A stretch of DNA of 64,000 nt from an uncultured Alphaproteobacteria bacterium (GTDB lineage: Bacteria; Pseudomonadota; Alphaproteobacteria; HIMB59). Made by a program: the position numbers and the translations under genes. The notes beneath the pieces were generated by a model. That model was not told where the DNA came from. It did not search any database and saw only the letters and a list, made by a program, of their open reading frames with translations. Positions 29,032 to 39,663 of the stretch are shown here, piece by piece. The stretch covers positions 2,313 to 66,312 of the forward strand of contig CABYGG010000006.1 of assembly GCA_902518505.1 (NCBI GenBank), read 5' to 3'. Positions within the stretch are counted from its first letter, which is position 1; every line of letters begins with the position of its first letter.

Positions 29032-30459
29032 ATGAGTGATCATTATATTTTCTGGGATCTCGAAACAACAGGTCGTAATGATAAATTTAATCAAATAACA
29101 CAAGTTGGTGCTGTGTTAACTAATAATAAATTTGAAGTTAAAGACAAATTAGAAATACATAGTAAATTAAGAGAGGGAAAATGGTTCGAGCCAGGTGCTT
29201 TAATAACAACTGGGGTAGATCCAACTAGTTTAATACAAAATAATTACCCTAATTATTATGAAGCTAGTGCTCAATTGTATGAAACATTTCAACAATGGTC
29301 ATCCTCATCAGCCATTTTTGTAGGTTTCAATAATATAAATTTTGATGAACCCTTTTTACGACAGGCACTTTATCAAAACTTATTACCTGAAATTTATATG
29401 ACTGTGACTAACAATAATGTGCGTATGGATGTTTTTGATATATTAAGATTAGTTTCGGTTTATAGCCCTGAACATATTAGATTTAATATTGACGATCAAG
29501 GGTATCCAATACTTAAATTAGATGAAATTTCAAAACTAAATAATATTTCAATAAACTATGATGCAGGTCCTCATGATGCTGTTTTTGATAGCTTAATTAC
29601 ATTGGAACTTAATAAGATATTAAATATAAGGTGTCCAAAGATTTGGAACTCTGCATATGAATTTCGACATAGAGACACTCCTAAGAAATTCATGCTAGAT
29701 AATTTAGTTTTTACAAACACGACCTTTTGGGGGAGAAGACCCACAATCAAAGCTCAAACTTTAATTGGAGGCATTCCATCAAGAAATCATCACTATTTAG
29801 TTTATAATTTGCTTTTTGATCCTGTTAAAATCATAGAATTGGAAGATAAAGATTTAATTAAGAAAATGAATGATGGGGCTAAAAAAATTTGTGAAGTTTT
29901 TGATGGGTCAAAGTCGAAAACACTTTTAAATGAAAGTTATTCATTCAAAGATAATAAATATGTAGAAATAGGAGTAGATGAACTAAGAAAAAGAGCAAAT
30001 TTTATTAAAAAAAATGAAGAGTTTTGCTCTCGTCTTATTAAACTTCATCTTTCAAATCAAAAAGAATGGCCTGAACCATTTAATGTTGAAGATAGAATAT
30101 TTGAGAGTTTCCCATCACATCAAGATAAGAAATTAATGATTGATTTTCATATCGCACCTAACGATAAGAAATATGAAATTGCAAAACAATTCAAAGATGA
30201 CCGATATAAAGAAATAGCTGTAAGAATTTTATATGAAATAGCCCCCCACACTCTGCCTGAAAATGATAAAAGAAATTATGAATTTGAAATTAAAGAGCGT
30301 TTTAATGATGATGACAAATCCAAATGGAATTCTAAAAATAAAATTCTCTCTAGTTTAGAGACCGACCTAGATAAAATGATTATAGATGAAGATGAAAAAA
30401 TTCAGTTTAAACAAAAAGTTATAACATTTTTAAATAATGAGTCTGCAAAATGGAATTAA
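29032..30459 (+). CDS. sbcB: Exodeoxyribonuclease I (DnaQ family)
   Basis: WDLETTG (ExoI), GFNNINFDEPFLR (ExoII), HDAVFD (ExoIII); 475 aa. Confidence 0.85.
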   Translation: MSDHYIFWDLETTGRNDKFNQITQVGAVLTNNKFEVKDKLEIHSKLREGKWFEPGALITTGVDPTSLIQNNYPNYYEASAQLYETFQQWSSSSAIFVGFNNINFDEPFLRQALYQNLLPEIYMTVTNNNVRMDVFDILRLVSVYSPEHIRFNIDDQGYPILKLDEISKLNNISINYDAGPHDAVFDSLITLELNKILNIRCPKIWNSAYEFRHRDTPKKFMLDNLVFTNTTFWGRRPTIKAQTLIGGIPSRNHHYLVYNLLFDPVKIIELEDKDLIKKMNDGAKKICEVFDGSKSKTLLNESYSFKDNKYVEIGVDELRKRANFIKKNEEFCSRLIKLHLSNQKEWPEPFNVEDRIFESFPSHQDKKLMIDFHIAPNDKKYEIAKQFKDDRYKEIAVRILYEIAPHTLPENDKRNYEFEIKERFNDDDKSKWNSKNKILSSLETDLDKMIIDEDEKIQFKQKVITFLNNESAKWN

Positions 30460-30461
30460 GA

Positions 30462-31343
30462 TTAATTTCGAGTTAGATATTCTTTGATATATTGTCCATA
30501 ATCAGACTTGATTAATTTTTCTGCAATATCATTTAAATTACTTTTGTTTATAAAGCCTTGTTCGTACGAAGCTATTTCATAAGAGCCAATTTTTACATCG
30601 TTATTTTGTTCATATAATTTTACCTTTTGTGCTGCCTCTAGAAGAGCCTTTGCATTACCAGTATCATGCCAAACAATTGAGTCATCTAAAATTTCTAAAG
30701 CAAGTTTTTTTTCAGATAAATATATTTTAATTAAATCAGTTATTTCTAATTCGCCTCTGTTTGATGGTTTGAGCGTTTTTGCAAATTTTGAAGCTTCAGA
30801 GTCAAAAAAATATAAACCAGGAATAATCAAATTACTTTTAGGCTTTGATGGTTTTTCTTCAATGCCAACAATATTTTTATTGTCATCTAATTCAATAACA
30901 CCAAATTTTTCTGGATCTGGAACTGGCAATCCAAATACACTTCCTCCGTTCTCTTGCATCTTAAGAAGAGCAGAATTTGCATAGTCAAAATAATTTTTTC
31001 CAAGAAAAACATTATCACTTAATGCTAATACTGATGGGGTGCCGTCTAAAAATTTTTCAGCAATAAAGTAAGCATCTACTATCCCCCTTTGAATTTTTTG
31101 GACTTCATATGAAAAATTAAGACCAACCTCTGATCCTGTTCCAAATGTTTTTTTGAATATTGAAAGGTCGTCCTCTTGAACAATAAATAATATATCTTTA
31201 ATTCCTAATCTTACTAAAGTTTCAAGTGGATAATAAATCATAGGTTTATCGTAAAGAGGTAACAAAGGTTTTGAGGCAGGTATTGTTGCGGGCATTAATC
31301 TTGTACCTTTACCAGCAGCAAGAATAATACCTTTAGTTTTCAT
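30462..31343 (-). CDS. rfbA: Glucose-1-phosphate thymidylyltransferase
   Basis: GIILAAGKGTRL, KPLLPLYDKPMIYYPL, EEKPSKPKSN and RGELEITD motifs. Confidence 0.92.
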   Translation of the reverse strand: MKTKGIILAAGKGTRLMPATIPASKPLLPLYDKPMIYYPLETLVRLGIKDILFIVQEDDLSIFKKTFGTGSEVGLNFSYEVQKIQRGIVDAYFIAEKFLDGTPSVLALSDNVFLGKNYFDYANSALLKMQENGGSVFGLPVPDPEKFGVIELDDNKNIVGIEEKPSKPKSNLIIPGLYFFDSEASKFAKTLKPSNRGELEITDLIKIYLSEKKLALEILDDSIVWHDTGNAKALLEAAQKVKLYEQNNDVKIGSYEIASYEQGFINKSNLNDIAEKLIKSDYGQYIKEYLTRN

Positions 31344-31816
31344 ATCCAGCCAAATGACTTAATTAAAAAAACTATCGGAATAATCATACATATAAATGTA
31401 ATTAAAATTATATTTAGTTTTGTGCTATCTCTAACAGAGCTTATAAGGTCTCTATGAGAAATGAAATTTATTAATTTATTTTGATCATCTACTACTGGTA
31501 GGTGCCTGATGTTATTTTCACCCATAATTTTTATTGCAATTTCTGAGGAAGTTTTTAAGTCCACAGTTATAATTTCTGAAGTCATAATATCTGATGCTGT
31601 GACCAAATCTGGATCTCTACCGTCCTTGACACATTTTCTAACTATGTCTCTTTCTGAAACAACACCAAGTAATATTTTTTGCTCATTCAGTATAGGAACA
31701 GCCCCTATATTTTTTATATCCATACTATCTGCAATTTCACTTACTATAGACTCAGGACCAAAAAATATATATTCATCGTTAAGCTTAATTTTTTTAATAT
31801 CCTTAATACTTGGCAT
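31340..31816 (-). CDS. CBS-pair protein with C-terminal TM anchor
   Basis: GVVSERDIVR and IRHLPVVD motifs; hydrophobic C-terminus. Confidence 0.85.
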   Translation of the reverse strand: MPSIKDIKKIKLNDEYIFFGPESIVSEIADSMDIKNIGAVPILNEQKILLGVVSERDIVRKCVKDGRDPDLVTASDIMTSEIITVDLKTSSEIAIKIMGENNIRHLPVVDDQNKLINFISHRDLISSVRDSTKLNIILITFICMIIPIVFLIKSFGWI

Positions 31817-31919
31817 GAAAACATTATATAGGCATAAGAGGATTAGAATAAATTAAGCGTATTGAAGCACTTTTAGGTCTTCAAAAACTTTAATTTTTCA
31901 ATTATTGTTGCAAAATAAA

Positions 31920-32915
31920 ATGTTTAGATTTTTTAATTCAAGAAAATGGTTTCTGTGGGCATGGGCAGGATCAGCTGCCATATTAGGTAGTCTTTGGGTG
32001 CAAGTAGAAATTGATGTCAGGATCAATGAGTGGTTTGGTACATTCTATGATATGATTCAAAAAGCTCTTGCTGAGCCAAATTCAATTACAATTGAAGAAT
32101 ATTGGGCGGGCTTACTATCTTTTATAACACTTGCAGGTATATATGTAGCCATTGCAGTTTTGGTAAGTTTTTTCACTGCACATTTCTTATTTAGATGGAG
32201 AACCGCTATGGTCGAGTGGTATCACAGTGTTTATAACTATGCCCGTACAATCGAAGGTGCTGCTCAAAGAGTTCAAGAGGACACCATTAAGTTTGGTAGA
32301 ATTATGGAGGGTCTTGGAACAAGCTTAATTGAGTCGGTGATGATAATTGTACAATTCCTTCCAATCTTATTAGGGCTAAGTGCTGGTATTCCGATATTCT
32401 TTTTTGGCGATTGGGAGTATGGTTTAGTTGTTGGTGCATTAATTTGGTCAGTTGGTGGAACAGTTTTTTTAATACTCCTAGGAATAATTCTCAGACTTGT
32501 TGGTGTAGAATATGATTTACAAAAACAAGAAGCAGCTTACAGAAAAGTTTTAGTTATTGCCGAAGATGACGAAACTATTCGTCCAAAAACGATAGAGGAA
32601 TTATTTGATGATGTAAGAAAAATTCATTTTCTCTCTTATATTCGATACTTGTACTTTAATATTGGAAGAATTGCTTATTTGCAGGCTAATGTTTTAAGTG
32701 CCTATGTATTTTTAGCTCCTGCAATTGTTGCAGGTATTATTACCCTTGGTGTAATGCAACAAATTATTCGCGCTTTTGGCAGGGTTGAGGGATCAATGCA
32801 GTACTTATTAAAATCATGGCCAACAATTATTGAGCTTGCAAGTGTTTACAAAAGACTAAGAGAATTTGAGAGAAAACTTAAGTCTACGACAGATACTGCC
32901 AAGGTGTCTGAATAA
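31920..32915 (+). CDS. sbmA: SbmA/BacA family peptide transporter
   Basis: FRWRTAM, IEGAAQRVQEDT, EAAYRKVLV, YKRLREFE motifs. ATG at 31920 preferred over TTG at 31905. Confidence 0.9.
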   Translation: MFRFFNSRKWFLWAWAGSAAILGSLWVQVEIDVRINEWFGTFYDMIQKALAEPNSITIEEYWAGLLSFITLAGIYVAIAVLVSFFTAHFLFRWRTAMVEWYHSVYNYARTIEGAAQRVQEDTIKFGRIMEGLGTSLIESVMIIVQFLPILLGLSAGIPIFFFGDWEYGLVVGALIWSVGGTVFLILLGIILRLVGVEYDLQKQEAAYRKVLVIAEDDETIRPKTIEELFDDVRKIHFLSYIRYLYFNIGRIAYLQANVLSAYVFLAPAIVAGIITLGVMQQIIRAFGRVEGSMQYLLKSWPTIIELASVYKRLREFERKLKSTTDTAKVSE

Positions 32916-33024
32916 ATATTTTAGACATCACATAGATAGAACTCAGAGTAATTAAAACAATGATAATCCAAACCCATCTATTGTTCTTATCATAGTTTTC
33001 GCCATTTTTATTCGGATCTACCAT
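32884..33024 (-). CDS. 46-aa single-TM small protein
   Basis: Manual translation MVDPNKNGENYDKNNRWVWIIIVLITLSSIYVMSKIFIQTPWQYLS*; fills the gap downstream of the GNAT gene. Confidence 0.45.
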   Translation of the reverse strand: MVDPNKNGENYDKNNRWVWIIIVLITLSSIYVMSKIFIQTPWQYLS

Positions 33025-33055
33025 AATATCTAAATATAATAAATATTTATTAAAA

Positions 33056-33484
33056 TCAATTATACTTTTTTATGTATCTTGTTCTGTTGACAACAGCATA
33101 ATTTTTAAAAAGTTTCTGAGCGAGTAAGTTACTTTTTTCTACACCTTTGATTATTAGATCAAGATTTTTTTCTTTTGCTATTTCCTCAATTTTGTTCATT
33201 AATGCTCTAGCAACACCCATTTTTCTAAAATCTTGTAAAACATACAAAACATCTAATACTATATTTTTTTCATAATAAGTTTCGTTGATTTTAGCTACAA
33301 CAATTCCCAAGAATTTATCTTCGTTTTTCGCAGCAAATGCAAAATAATCATCTTGAAATATGCACGTCCAAAATAGACTAAAGTTTACCTCTTGAAATTG
33401 AAAAGAATTCGATGATGCACTTTCATTAATGATTTCTTTCCAACTATTCAGGTGAATTTCTTTAGGTTTTTCAATGGTGAACAT
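33056..33484 (-). CDS. GNAT family N-acetyltransferase
   Basis: LYVLQDFRKMGVARALM acetyl-CoA binding motif A. Confidence 0.8.
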   Translation of the reverse strand: MFTIEKPKEIHLNSWKEIINESASSNSFQFQEVNFSLFWTCIFQDDYFAFAAKNEDKFLGIVVAKINETYYEKNIVLDVLYVLQDFRKMGVARALMNKIEEIAKEKNLDLIIKGVEKSNLLAQKLFKNYAVVNRTRYIKKYN

Positions 33485-33574
33485 CCACTATTAATCTAAC
33501 AATTAATTTCAATCATTTACATATTTATTCAATAAAAGCTTGATCTTAGGTGGATAAGTCTTATCTGTATATTA

Positions 33575-34159
33575 ATGTTTGAAAATTTAATGAAGTATTT
33601 TGAGTCAGTAAAGGCAAGAGACCCTGCTGCAACTTCATTGTTACTAGTGATATTAACCTATCCTGGTGTAAAAGCTGTTTTCTTTCATCGTATAGCAAAT
33701 TTTATCTGGTCACTAAATTTGAAATTATTAGGAAGAATGATCTCTCAATTATCAAGATTTTTAACTGGTATTGAAATTCATCCTGCAGCCAAAATTGGGA
33801 AAAATTTTTTTATTGATCATGGAATGGGAGTTGTTATCGGAGAAACTGCTGAAATAGGAGATAATGTAACTATCTATCATGGTGTCACATTGGGAGGAAT
33901 CATGCCTGCTGTTAAATCATCAGAACAAGTTGGTGTGAAACGTCATCCCACTCTTGAAGACGATGTGATTGTTGGCTCAGGGGCACAGATATTAGGACCA
34001 ATAGTTATAAAAAGCTGTGCTCGAATTGGATCTAATGCTGTTGTAACTAAAGATGTCCCAAAAGGGGGAATAATGGTTGGTATACCTGCAAAAAATATTC
34101 AATCTAAATCTAAAAAAACAGATAATACTTTTGCTCCATATGCCGTTACAAAAAAGTAA
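33575..34159 (+). CDS. cysE: Serine O-acetyltransferase
   Basis: [27 protein letters not shown] and KRHPTL motifs. Confidence 0.95.
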   Translation: MFENLMKYFESVKARDPAATSLLLVILTYPGVKAVFFHRIANFIWSLNLKLLGRMISQLSRFLTGIEIHPAAKIGKNFFIDHGMGVVIGETAEIGDNVTIYHGVTLGGIMPAVKSSEQVGVKRHPTLEDDVIVGSGAQILGPIVIKSCARIGSNAVVTKDVPKGGIMVGIPAKNIQSKSKKTDNTFAPYAVTKK

Positions 34160-34277
34160 CTATCTGTATATTCAAAATTAATTTGCATGATTATGTTTCA
34201 AATGTTTAAATAACTAATTATCGGAGGGCAGAGTATTTAAATAAATAATAAAATTTTTTGAAAATCCTTTTTAAATT

Positions 34278-35300
34278 ATGTCTGAAATAAAAATTCAAAT
34301 TAAAAACTTATATAAAATTTTTGGTAAAAACCCGGAGTCTGCGTTAGAGCAAGTAAAAGATGGTGTCAATAAAGATGAACTATTAGAAAAACACAATCAT
34401 GTTCTGGGTCTAAAAGATATAAATTTGGATATTAAAGAAAAATCAATTCAAGTTGTAATGGGTCTTTCTGGTTCTGGTAAGTCTACATTAATAAGACATA
34501 TAAATAGATTAATAGAACCTACAGACGGCAGTGTAGTTGTTGATGGTGAAGATGTTTTAAAAATGAATGATGAAAATTTACGAAATTTCAGAAGAACAAA
34601 AACTGCTATGGTATTTCAGCGTTTTGCTTTGTTGCCCCATAAGACGGTTTTAGAAAATACAATGTTTGGCCTTCATATTCAAAATATTGATGAAAAAGAT
34701 GCAAATACTAGGGCACGAAGATGGATTGATCGTGTTGGATTATCTGGATATGAGGAAAAGTACCCTCAACATTTATCTGGTGGCATGCAGCAACGTGTTG
34801 GACTCGCAAGAGCTCTTACTAACGATGGGGAGATCTTGCTTATGGATGAAGCTTTTAGCGCTCTTGACCCTCTTATTAGAAAAGATATGCAAGATATTTT
34901 GTTGGAGCTACAAGACGAACTTCATAAAACGGTTGTATTTATTACTCATGACCTAGATGAGGCTTTAAAAATTGGAGATCGTATTGCAATATTAAAAGAT
35001 GGTATAATGGATCAAGAGGGTATCCCCGCAGATATTTTATTAAGTCCAAAAACACAATATGTAAAAGATTTTGTTGAGGACGTCAACAGAGCTAGGGTAA
35101 TTAAAGCAAAACACATTATGTCAAAATTAAATGGACAAGACAGAGATAACGCAATGTTTGTAGATCAAGATGATTTTATCGATAGATTTATTGATAAAGT
35201 TATTTCTGATAAGCCTAATTGCCTGATAATCAAAAATAAAAATAATGATGAAATAGGCTATTTATCTACAAAAAGACTCTCTGAAATACTAAAACGATAG
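34278..35300 (+). CDS. proV: Quaternary-amine (betaine/TMAO/DMSP-type) ABC transporter ATPase
   Basis: MGLSGSGKST, LSGGMQQRVGLARAL and MDEAFSALDPLIR motifs. Confidence 0.93.
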   Translation: MSEIKIQIKNLYKIFGKNPESALEQVKDGVNKDELLEKHNHVLGLKDINLDIKEKSIQVVMGLSGSGKSTLIRHINRLIEPTDGSVVVDGEDVLKMNDENLRNFRRTKTAMVFQRFALLPHKTVLENTMFGLHIQNIDEKDANTRARRWIDRVGLSGYEEKYPQHLSGGMQQRVGLARALTNDGEILLMDEAFSALDPLIRKDMQDILLELQDELHKTVVFITHDLDEALKIGDRIAILKDGIMDQEGIPADILLSPKTQYVKDFVEDVNRARVIKAKHIMSKLNGQDRDNAMFVDQDDFIDRFIDKVISDKPNCLIIKNKNNDEIGYLSTKRLSEILKR

Positions 35301-35414
35301 ATAAATAAACAATTTTCTATTTTTTGCGGCAATTAGTTTCCATTTTTAGGTATTTTTTCACTGTTAATGCAAAATAGGAATGTTATCTTAGATTTTTATA
35401 TCAGGGAGGATGTA

Positions 35415-36407
35415 ATGAACTCTATTAAAAAAATACTTCTGAGCTCAGTTCTATTATTTGGAATTAACTCAGTTGCAAAGGCTGATTGTGGCACAATCAC
35501 AATCGCTGAAATGAACTGGGCATCCGCCGAAATGTTTGCCCACGTTGATAAACTTATCCTTGAAGAGGGATATGGATGTGATGTTGAACTAGTTCCAGGT
35601 GACACTATGCCAACAGCTACATCAATGATGGAAAAAGGTGAGCCAGATGTGGCTCCAGAATTATGGATTAACTCCGTTCGTATTGCTTTAGATGCTGCTG
35701 TTGATGAAGGAAGACTTCACTACGCCGCTGAAGTTTTGTCTGATACCGGTGAAGAAGGATGGTGGATACCTCAGTACTTAGCTGATGCAAACCCAGACAT
35801 CGTAACTGTAGAAGATGCTCTGGCAAGACCAGAATTATTTCCTCACCCAGAGGGTGATGGGGCAGCACTTTATACTTGTCCATCTGGATGGAACTGTCAA
35901 ATCAGTACAGGAAACCTTTTCCAAGCATATGATGCTGAGTCAAAAGGATTTAATCTTGTAGATCCAGGCTCTGGTGGAGCATTAGCTGGTTCAATTGCTG
36001 AAGCTTACGAAAAAGGTGAAGGTTGGCTGGGTTACTACTGGGCACCAACGGCTATTTTAGGTAAGTATCCAATGAAAAAACTTGACTTTGGAGTACCTCA
36101 TGACTTTGACGAGTGGAGTACTTGTACCTCTCAAGAAGGTTGTGAAGATCCACAGAAAAATTCATGGGTTGTATCATCAGTCTTTACTGTTGTAACTGAT
36201 AATTTCATGAACTCTACTGGACCAGGAATGGAATATATTTCAAAAAGAGCCCTTCCTAACTCAACTGTTAATGCGCTTTTAGCTTGGAAGGACGACAACC
36301 AGGCAACAGGTGAAGATACAGCAATTTATTTCTTACAAAATTACTCAGAGTGGAAAAGCTGGGTAAACTTTGAAACAATGCTTGCTGTTGAGGCTGCAAT
36401 AGACTAA
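35415..36407 (+). CDS. proX: Quaternary-amine ABC substrate-binding protein (OpuAC/ProX family)
   Basis: Strong RBS AGGGAGGA before ATG 35415; signal peptide; EMNWAS, EGWWIP, CPSGWNC, YYWAPT motifs. Confidence 0.9.
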   Translation: MNSIKKILLSSVLLFGINSVAKADCGTITIAEMNWASAEMFAHVDKLILEEGYGCDVELVPGDTMPTATSMMEKGEPDVAPELWINSVRIALDAAVDEGRLHYAAEVLSDTGEEGWWIPQYLADANPDIVTVEDALARPELFPHPEGDGAALYTCPSGWNCQISTGNLFQAYDAESKGFNLVDPGSGGALAGSIAEAYEKGEGWLGYYWAPTAILGKYPMKKLDFGVPHDFDEWSTCTSQEGCEDPQKNSWVVSSVFTVVTDNFMNSTGPGMEYISKRALPNSTVNALLAWKDDNQATGEDTAIYFLQNYSEWKSWVNFETMLAVEAAID

Positions 36408-36425
36408 TTATCAATTTTTACTAAA

Positions 36426-36450
36426 AGAGGTGGGCTTAAAGCCCACCTCT
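36426..36450 (+). terminator. GC-rich hairpin after the SBP gene (partial terminator or mRNA-stabilising element)
   Basis: AGAGGTGGGC-TTAAA-GCCCACCTCT. Confidence 0.7.
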
Positions 36451-36463
36451 AATTATCATTTTT

Positions 36464-37354
36464 ATGGAAGATTTTTTATCAGAATTTCCCGAACTTAGCA
36501 GAGAAACACTTAGATTTATCAAAAAAGGTTTTGATGCATCTTATCGAGCTTTTTCAAGAGAATATGGTGATGCAATAGAAGCAGTATTTGATCCTGTATT
36601 ATATTTTCTAGTTTGGTTTGAAAAATTATTACAAAATTCGCCTTGGCCAATTGTACTAATATGTTTTTTGGCTGTAATTTATTTTGGTAGTAGAAAAATA
36701 TCTGTAACTATTGGCTCATTATTTGCCTTTTTGCTTATTGGAATATTTGGAATGTGGGAAGACACCATGTCTACAGTGAGTATTATTGGAGTTTGTACCA
36801 TGCTTTCTATTGGAATTGGAATACCTGTTGGTGTGCTTATGGCAAAATCAGAACGTGCTCAAAGAATTTGCACACCAATTCTAGACGTCATGCAAACAAT
36901 GCCAAGCTTCGTATATTTAATACCCGTAGTTATGTTATTGGGTATTGGAAAAATTCCCGGGCTTCTAGCTGTGGTAATATATGCGATACCACCTATTATT
37001 AGACTTACAAACTTAGGTATAAGAGAAGTTGATAGAGAAGTTTTGGAAGCTGCTGATGCTTTTGGTGCTAATCCAAGACAAAAATTGTTTCAAGTACAAT
37101 TACCTTTAGCACTTCCAACAATATTTGCAGGAATTAATCAAACAATCATGATGGCTTTAGCAATGGTTGTGATTGCCTCAATGATTGGAGTTAAGGGACT
37201 TGGTCAACCCGTTTTAAAAGCAATTACTAATCAATACTTTGCTATGGGTTTATTTAATGGTTTAGCAATTGTTGCATTGGCTATTATTTTTGACAGAGTT
37301 TCCCAATCATTTGGTCATCGTATTCAGCAACATAGAAGTGGTTCAAGAGAATAA
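36464..37354 (+). CDS. proW: Quaternary-amine ABC permease
   Basis: LDVMQTMPSFVYLIP, EAADAFGA (EAA motif), GINQTIMMALAMVVIASMIG. Confidence 0.93.
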   Translation: MEDFLSEFPELSRETLRFIKKGFDASYRAFSREYGDAIEAVFDPVLYFLVWFEKLLQNSPWPIVLICFLAVIYFGSRKISVTIGSLFAFLLIGIFGMWEDTMSTVSIIGVCTMLSIGIGIPVGVLMAKSERAQRICTPILDVMQTMPSFVYLIPVVMLLGIGKIPGLLAVVIYAIPPIIRLTNLGIREVDREVLEAADAFGANPRQKLFQVQLPLALPTIFAGINQTIMMALAMVVIASMIGVKGLGQPVLKAITNQYFAMGLFNGLAIVALAIIFDRVSQSFGHRIQQHRSGSRE

Positions 37355-37410
37355 ATTAGAAATTAAGTTATTACCTATAAAAACTTTAACTTATATTTAA
37401 ATTAATCAAT

Positions 37411-38469
37411 ATGTTAAATAAAAGTTTAATTGGTGTATTTTTCATAACTTTTATTTACCTACTAGCGATATTTTTAAAGCAACCCCTAGAATATGTCTTT
37501 AACCTACCATTATTGCCATTAAGTCTTCTGTCACTCATTTTAGGAATATTTTTTTTTAATATATTCTCCATATCTTCTAATATTGTTGAAGGTCGAGAAT
37601 TTATTAAGAAAAATATACTTCAATTAGCAATTGTCTTATTAGGTATTAAGATAAGTTTGGCTCAGTTATGGAGAGTCAGTTTAGAGTCTATATTTGTCAT
37701 AATTATTACAATATTATCCATTTTTCTTGCATATTTTTTTATTAAAAAATTTTTGCCAACTCAAAAAGGGGTATCAAAATTATTAGCAATCGGTACATCC
37801 ATTTGTGGTGTCACAGCTATTATGGCTTCCTCAACTATATTAAAATCAAAGGATCAAGATGTAGCCGTGGCTGTACTAATAGTGGTTTTATGGGGAAGTA
37901 TAGCTTTATTAACATATCCTTTTTTTGTGGAGTTATTTTTTTTGACAGACTTAGCTAAAGGCATTTTTTTAGGCGTTAGTATTCATGATACAAGTCAAGT
38001 TTTAGCAGCTGCTATGGTTCATAATGATTTACATCCAAATCAAAAGACTTTAGAAATCGCTACGATAACAAAAATAATTAGAAATTTATTTCTTTTAGCT
38101 TTGATACCGATATTAATAATTTTTAATAAAACTTCAAAAAATAATAAAAATAAAAGTCAATCAGTCTTTGTTAAAATATTTAATTCAATTCCGCTTTTTG
38201 TAGTGGGTTTTATTTTATTTGTAACCTTTCGCTCAATTATGGACTTATACTTTTTTGATAATGAGAAATGGATACAATTTTTAGTAATACTTGAAAAATT
38301 AATTTCAATTCTATTTGGTCTAGCTCTTACAGCCCTTGGAGCCTCTATTGATTTAAGAAAAATCTTTAATCAGGGATATGTCGCTATATTAATTGGTATG
38401 ACTTTTAGCATTGTATCTCTTGTATCAGTAACCTTCTTAATATTTATTTTAGGGCTAAATGTCTTATAG
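37411..38469 (+). CDS. YeiH / putative sulfate-exporter family membrane protein
   Basis: GTSICGVTAI, GVSIHDTSQV, TKIIRN and PLFVVGF motifs. Confidence 0.85.
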   Translation: MLNKSLIGVFFITFIYLLAIFLKQPLEYVFNLPLLPLSLLSLILGIFFFNIFSISSNIVEGREFIKKNILQLAIVLLGIKISLAQLWRVSLESIFVIIITILSIFLAYFFIKKFLPTQKGVSKLLAIGTSICGVTAIMASSTILKSKDQDVAVAVLIVVLWGSIALLTYPFFVELFFLTDLAKGIFLGVSIHDTSQVLAAAMVHNDLHPNQKTLEIATITKIIRNLFLLALIPILIIFNKTSKNNKNKSQSVFVKIFNSIPLFVVGFILFVTFRSIMDLYFFDNEKWIQFLVILEKLISILFGLALTALGASIDLRKIFNQGYVAILIGMTFSIVSLVSVTFLIFILGLNVL

Positions 38470-38521
38470 GAATAATATCATTGCTTTGTAGCAAGAATAC
38501 ATATTAACTACACTGAATTTT

Positions 38522-39625
38522 ATGACCCACTTAATTGCTAAAAGTGCGAGACTTCGCTCTACCCCTTACACCAAAAGAATTGAGGAATATGGTGTACAAT
38601 CATACACAGTTTATAATCACATGCTTTTACCTGCATCTTTTAAAGGTATAGAGGAAGATAGTAGACACCTAAAAAATAATGTTCAACTTTGGGATGTATC
38701 AGGCGAGAGACAAGTTCAAATTCACGGACCTGATGCAGCTAAACTTACACAATTAATTACGTGTAGAGATTTATCTGAGGCAAAAGATTATCTTTGCTAT
38801 TACGCTCCAATCATTGATGACAAAGGTAAAATTATTAATGATCCACTCATAATGAAAGTTGGTGAAAAGACGTGGTGGCTATCAATAGCAGATACAGATG
38901 TGCTTCTTTATGCAAAAGGAATTGCAATTGGTATGAACCTTGACGTTGAGATTACTGAACCTAATGTTAACATTCTTGCAGTTCAGGGGCCAAAATCATT
39001 TGAGCTTATGTCAAGAGTGTTTAAAGACATAGATAAATTAAAATTTTTCAATTTCAAAAGATTTGATTTTCAAAATCATAAATTTTTAATTGCAAGATCA
39101 GGCTGGTCCAAACAAGGTGGATTTGAAATCTATGTAGATCATGATGAAATCGGCCTAAATCTGTATGATGCCCTTATGTCTAAAGGTGAAGATTTGGATG
39201 TAAGACCAGGTTGTCCAAATTTAATTGAAAGGATAGAGGGTGGTCTATTATCATTTGGAAATGATATGAATATGAATGATACCCCATTAGAATGTGGTTT
39301 GGGTTCTTTTGTTTCTTTCAATCCCAAAATAGATTATTTAGGAAAAGCTGAGTTAGAAAAACAGAACAAAGAAGGAGTTAAAAGATCTTTAGTTGGTTTA
39401 AAACTCAAAATCGATAAAATTGAAATTACAAAAGCGTTACCTTTAAAAATAGGTGCTGACATTATAGGTGAGCTAAGAGCTGCATGCTTTAGTCCAGATT
39501 TTGGCTGTTGTCTTGGAATTGCTATGGTTCAAACCCAATATCAAAGTTTAGAAAAAAAACAGACACTTCTTGTTGATGGCGAAGAGGTTGAGTCTGTAAT
39601 GACAAACCTCCCCTTCAAGAAATAA
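38522..39625 (+). CDS. dmdA: DMSP demethylase (GcvT family)
   Basis: IAKSARLRSTPY, TVYNHMLLP, WDVSGERQV, ARSGWSKQGGFEIY and PGCPNLIERIE closely match SAR11-type DmdA. Confidence 0.9.
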   Translation: MTHLIAKSARLRSTPYTKRIEEYGVQSYTVYNHMLLPASFKGIEEDSRHLKNNVQLWDVSGERQVQIHGPDAAKLTQLITCRDLSEAKDYLCYYAPIIDDKGKIINDPLIMKVGEKTWWLSIADTDVLLYAKGIAIGMNLDVEITEPNVNILAVQGPKSFELMSRVFKDIDKLKFFNFKRFDFQNHKFLIARSGWSKQGGFEIYVDHDEIGLNLYDALMSKGEDLDVRPGCPNLIERIEGGLLSFGNDMNMNDTPLECGLGSFVSFNPKIDYLGKAELEKQNKEGVKRSLVGLKLKIDKIEITKALPLKIGADIIGELRAACFSPDFGCCLGIAMVQTQYQSLEKKQTLLVDGEEVESVMTNLPFKK

Positions 39626-39663
39626 CAATTGCTTTTTTAAACTAAAAGTTTAAATAGTCTCGG

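Noticed and set aside
34160-34277. Possible riboswitch in the ABC transporter leader (GGAGGGCAGAG patch)
   Set aside because: No convincing stem or SAM-V/glycine riboswitch consensus could be built by eye; an Infernal scan would be needed.
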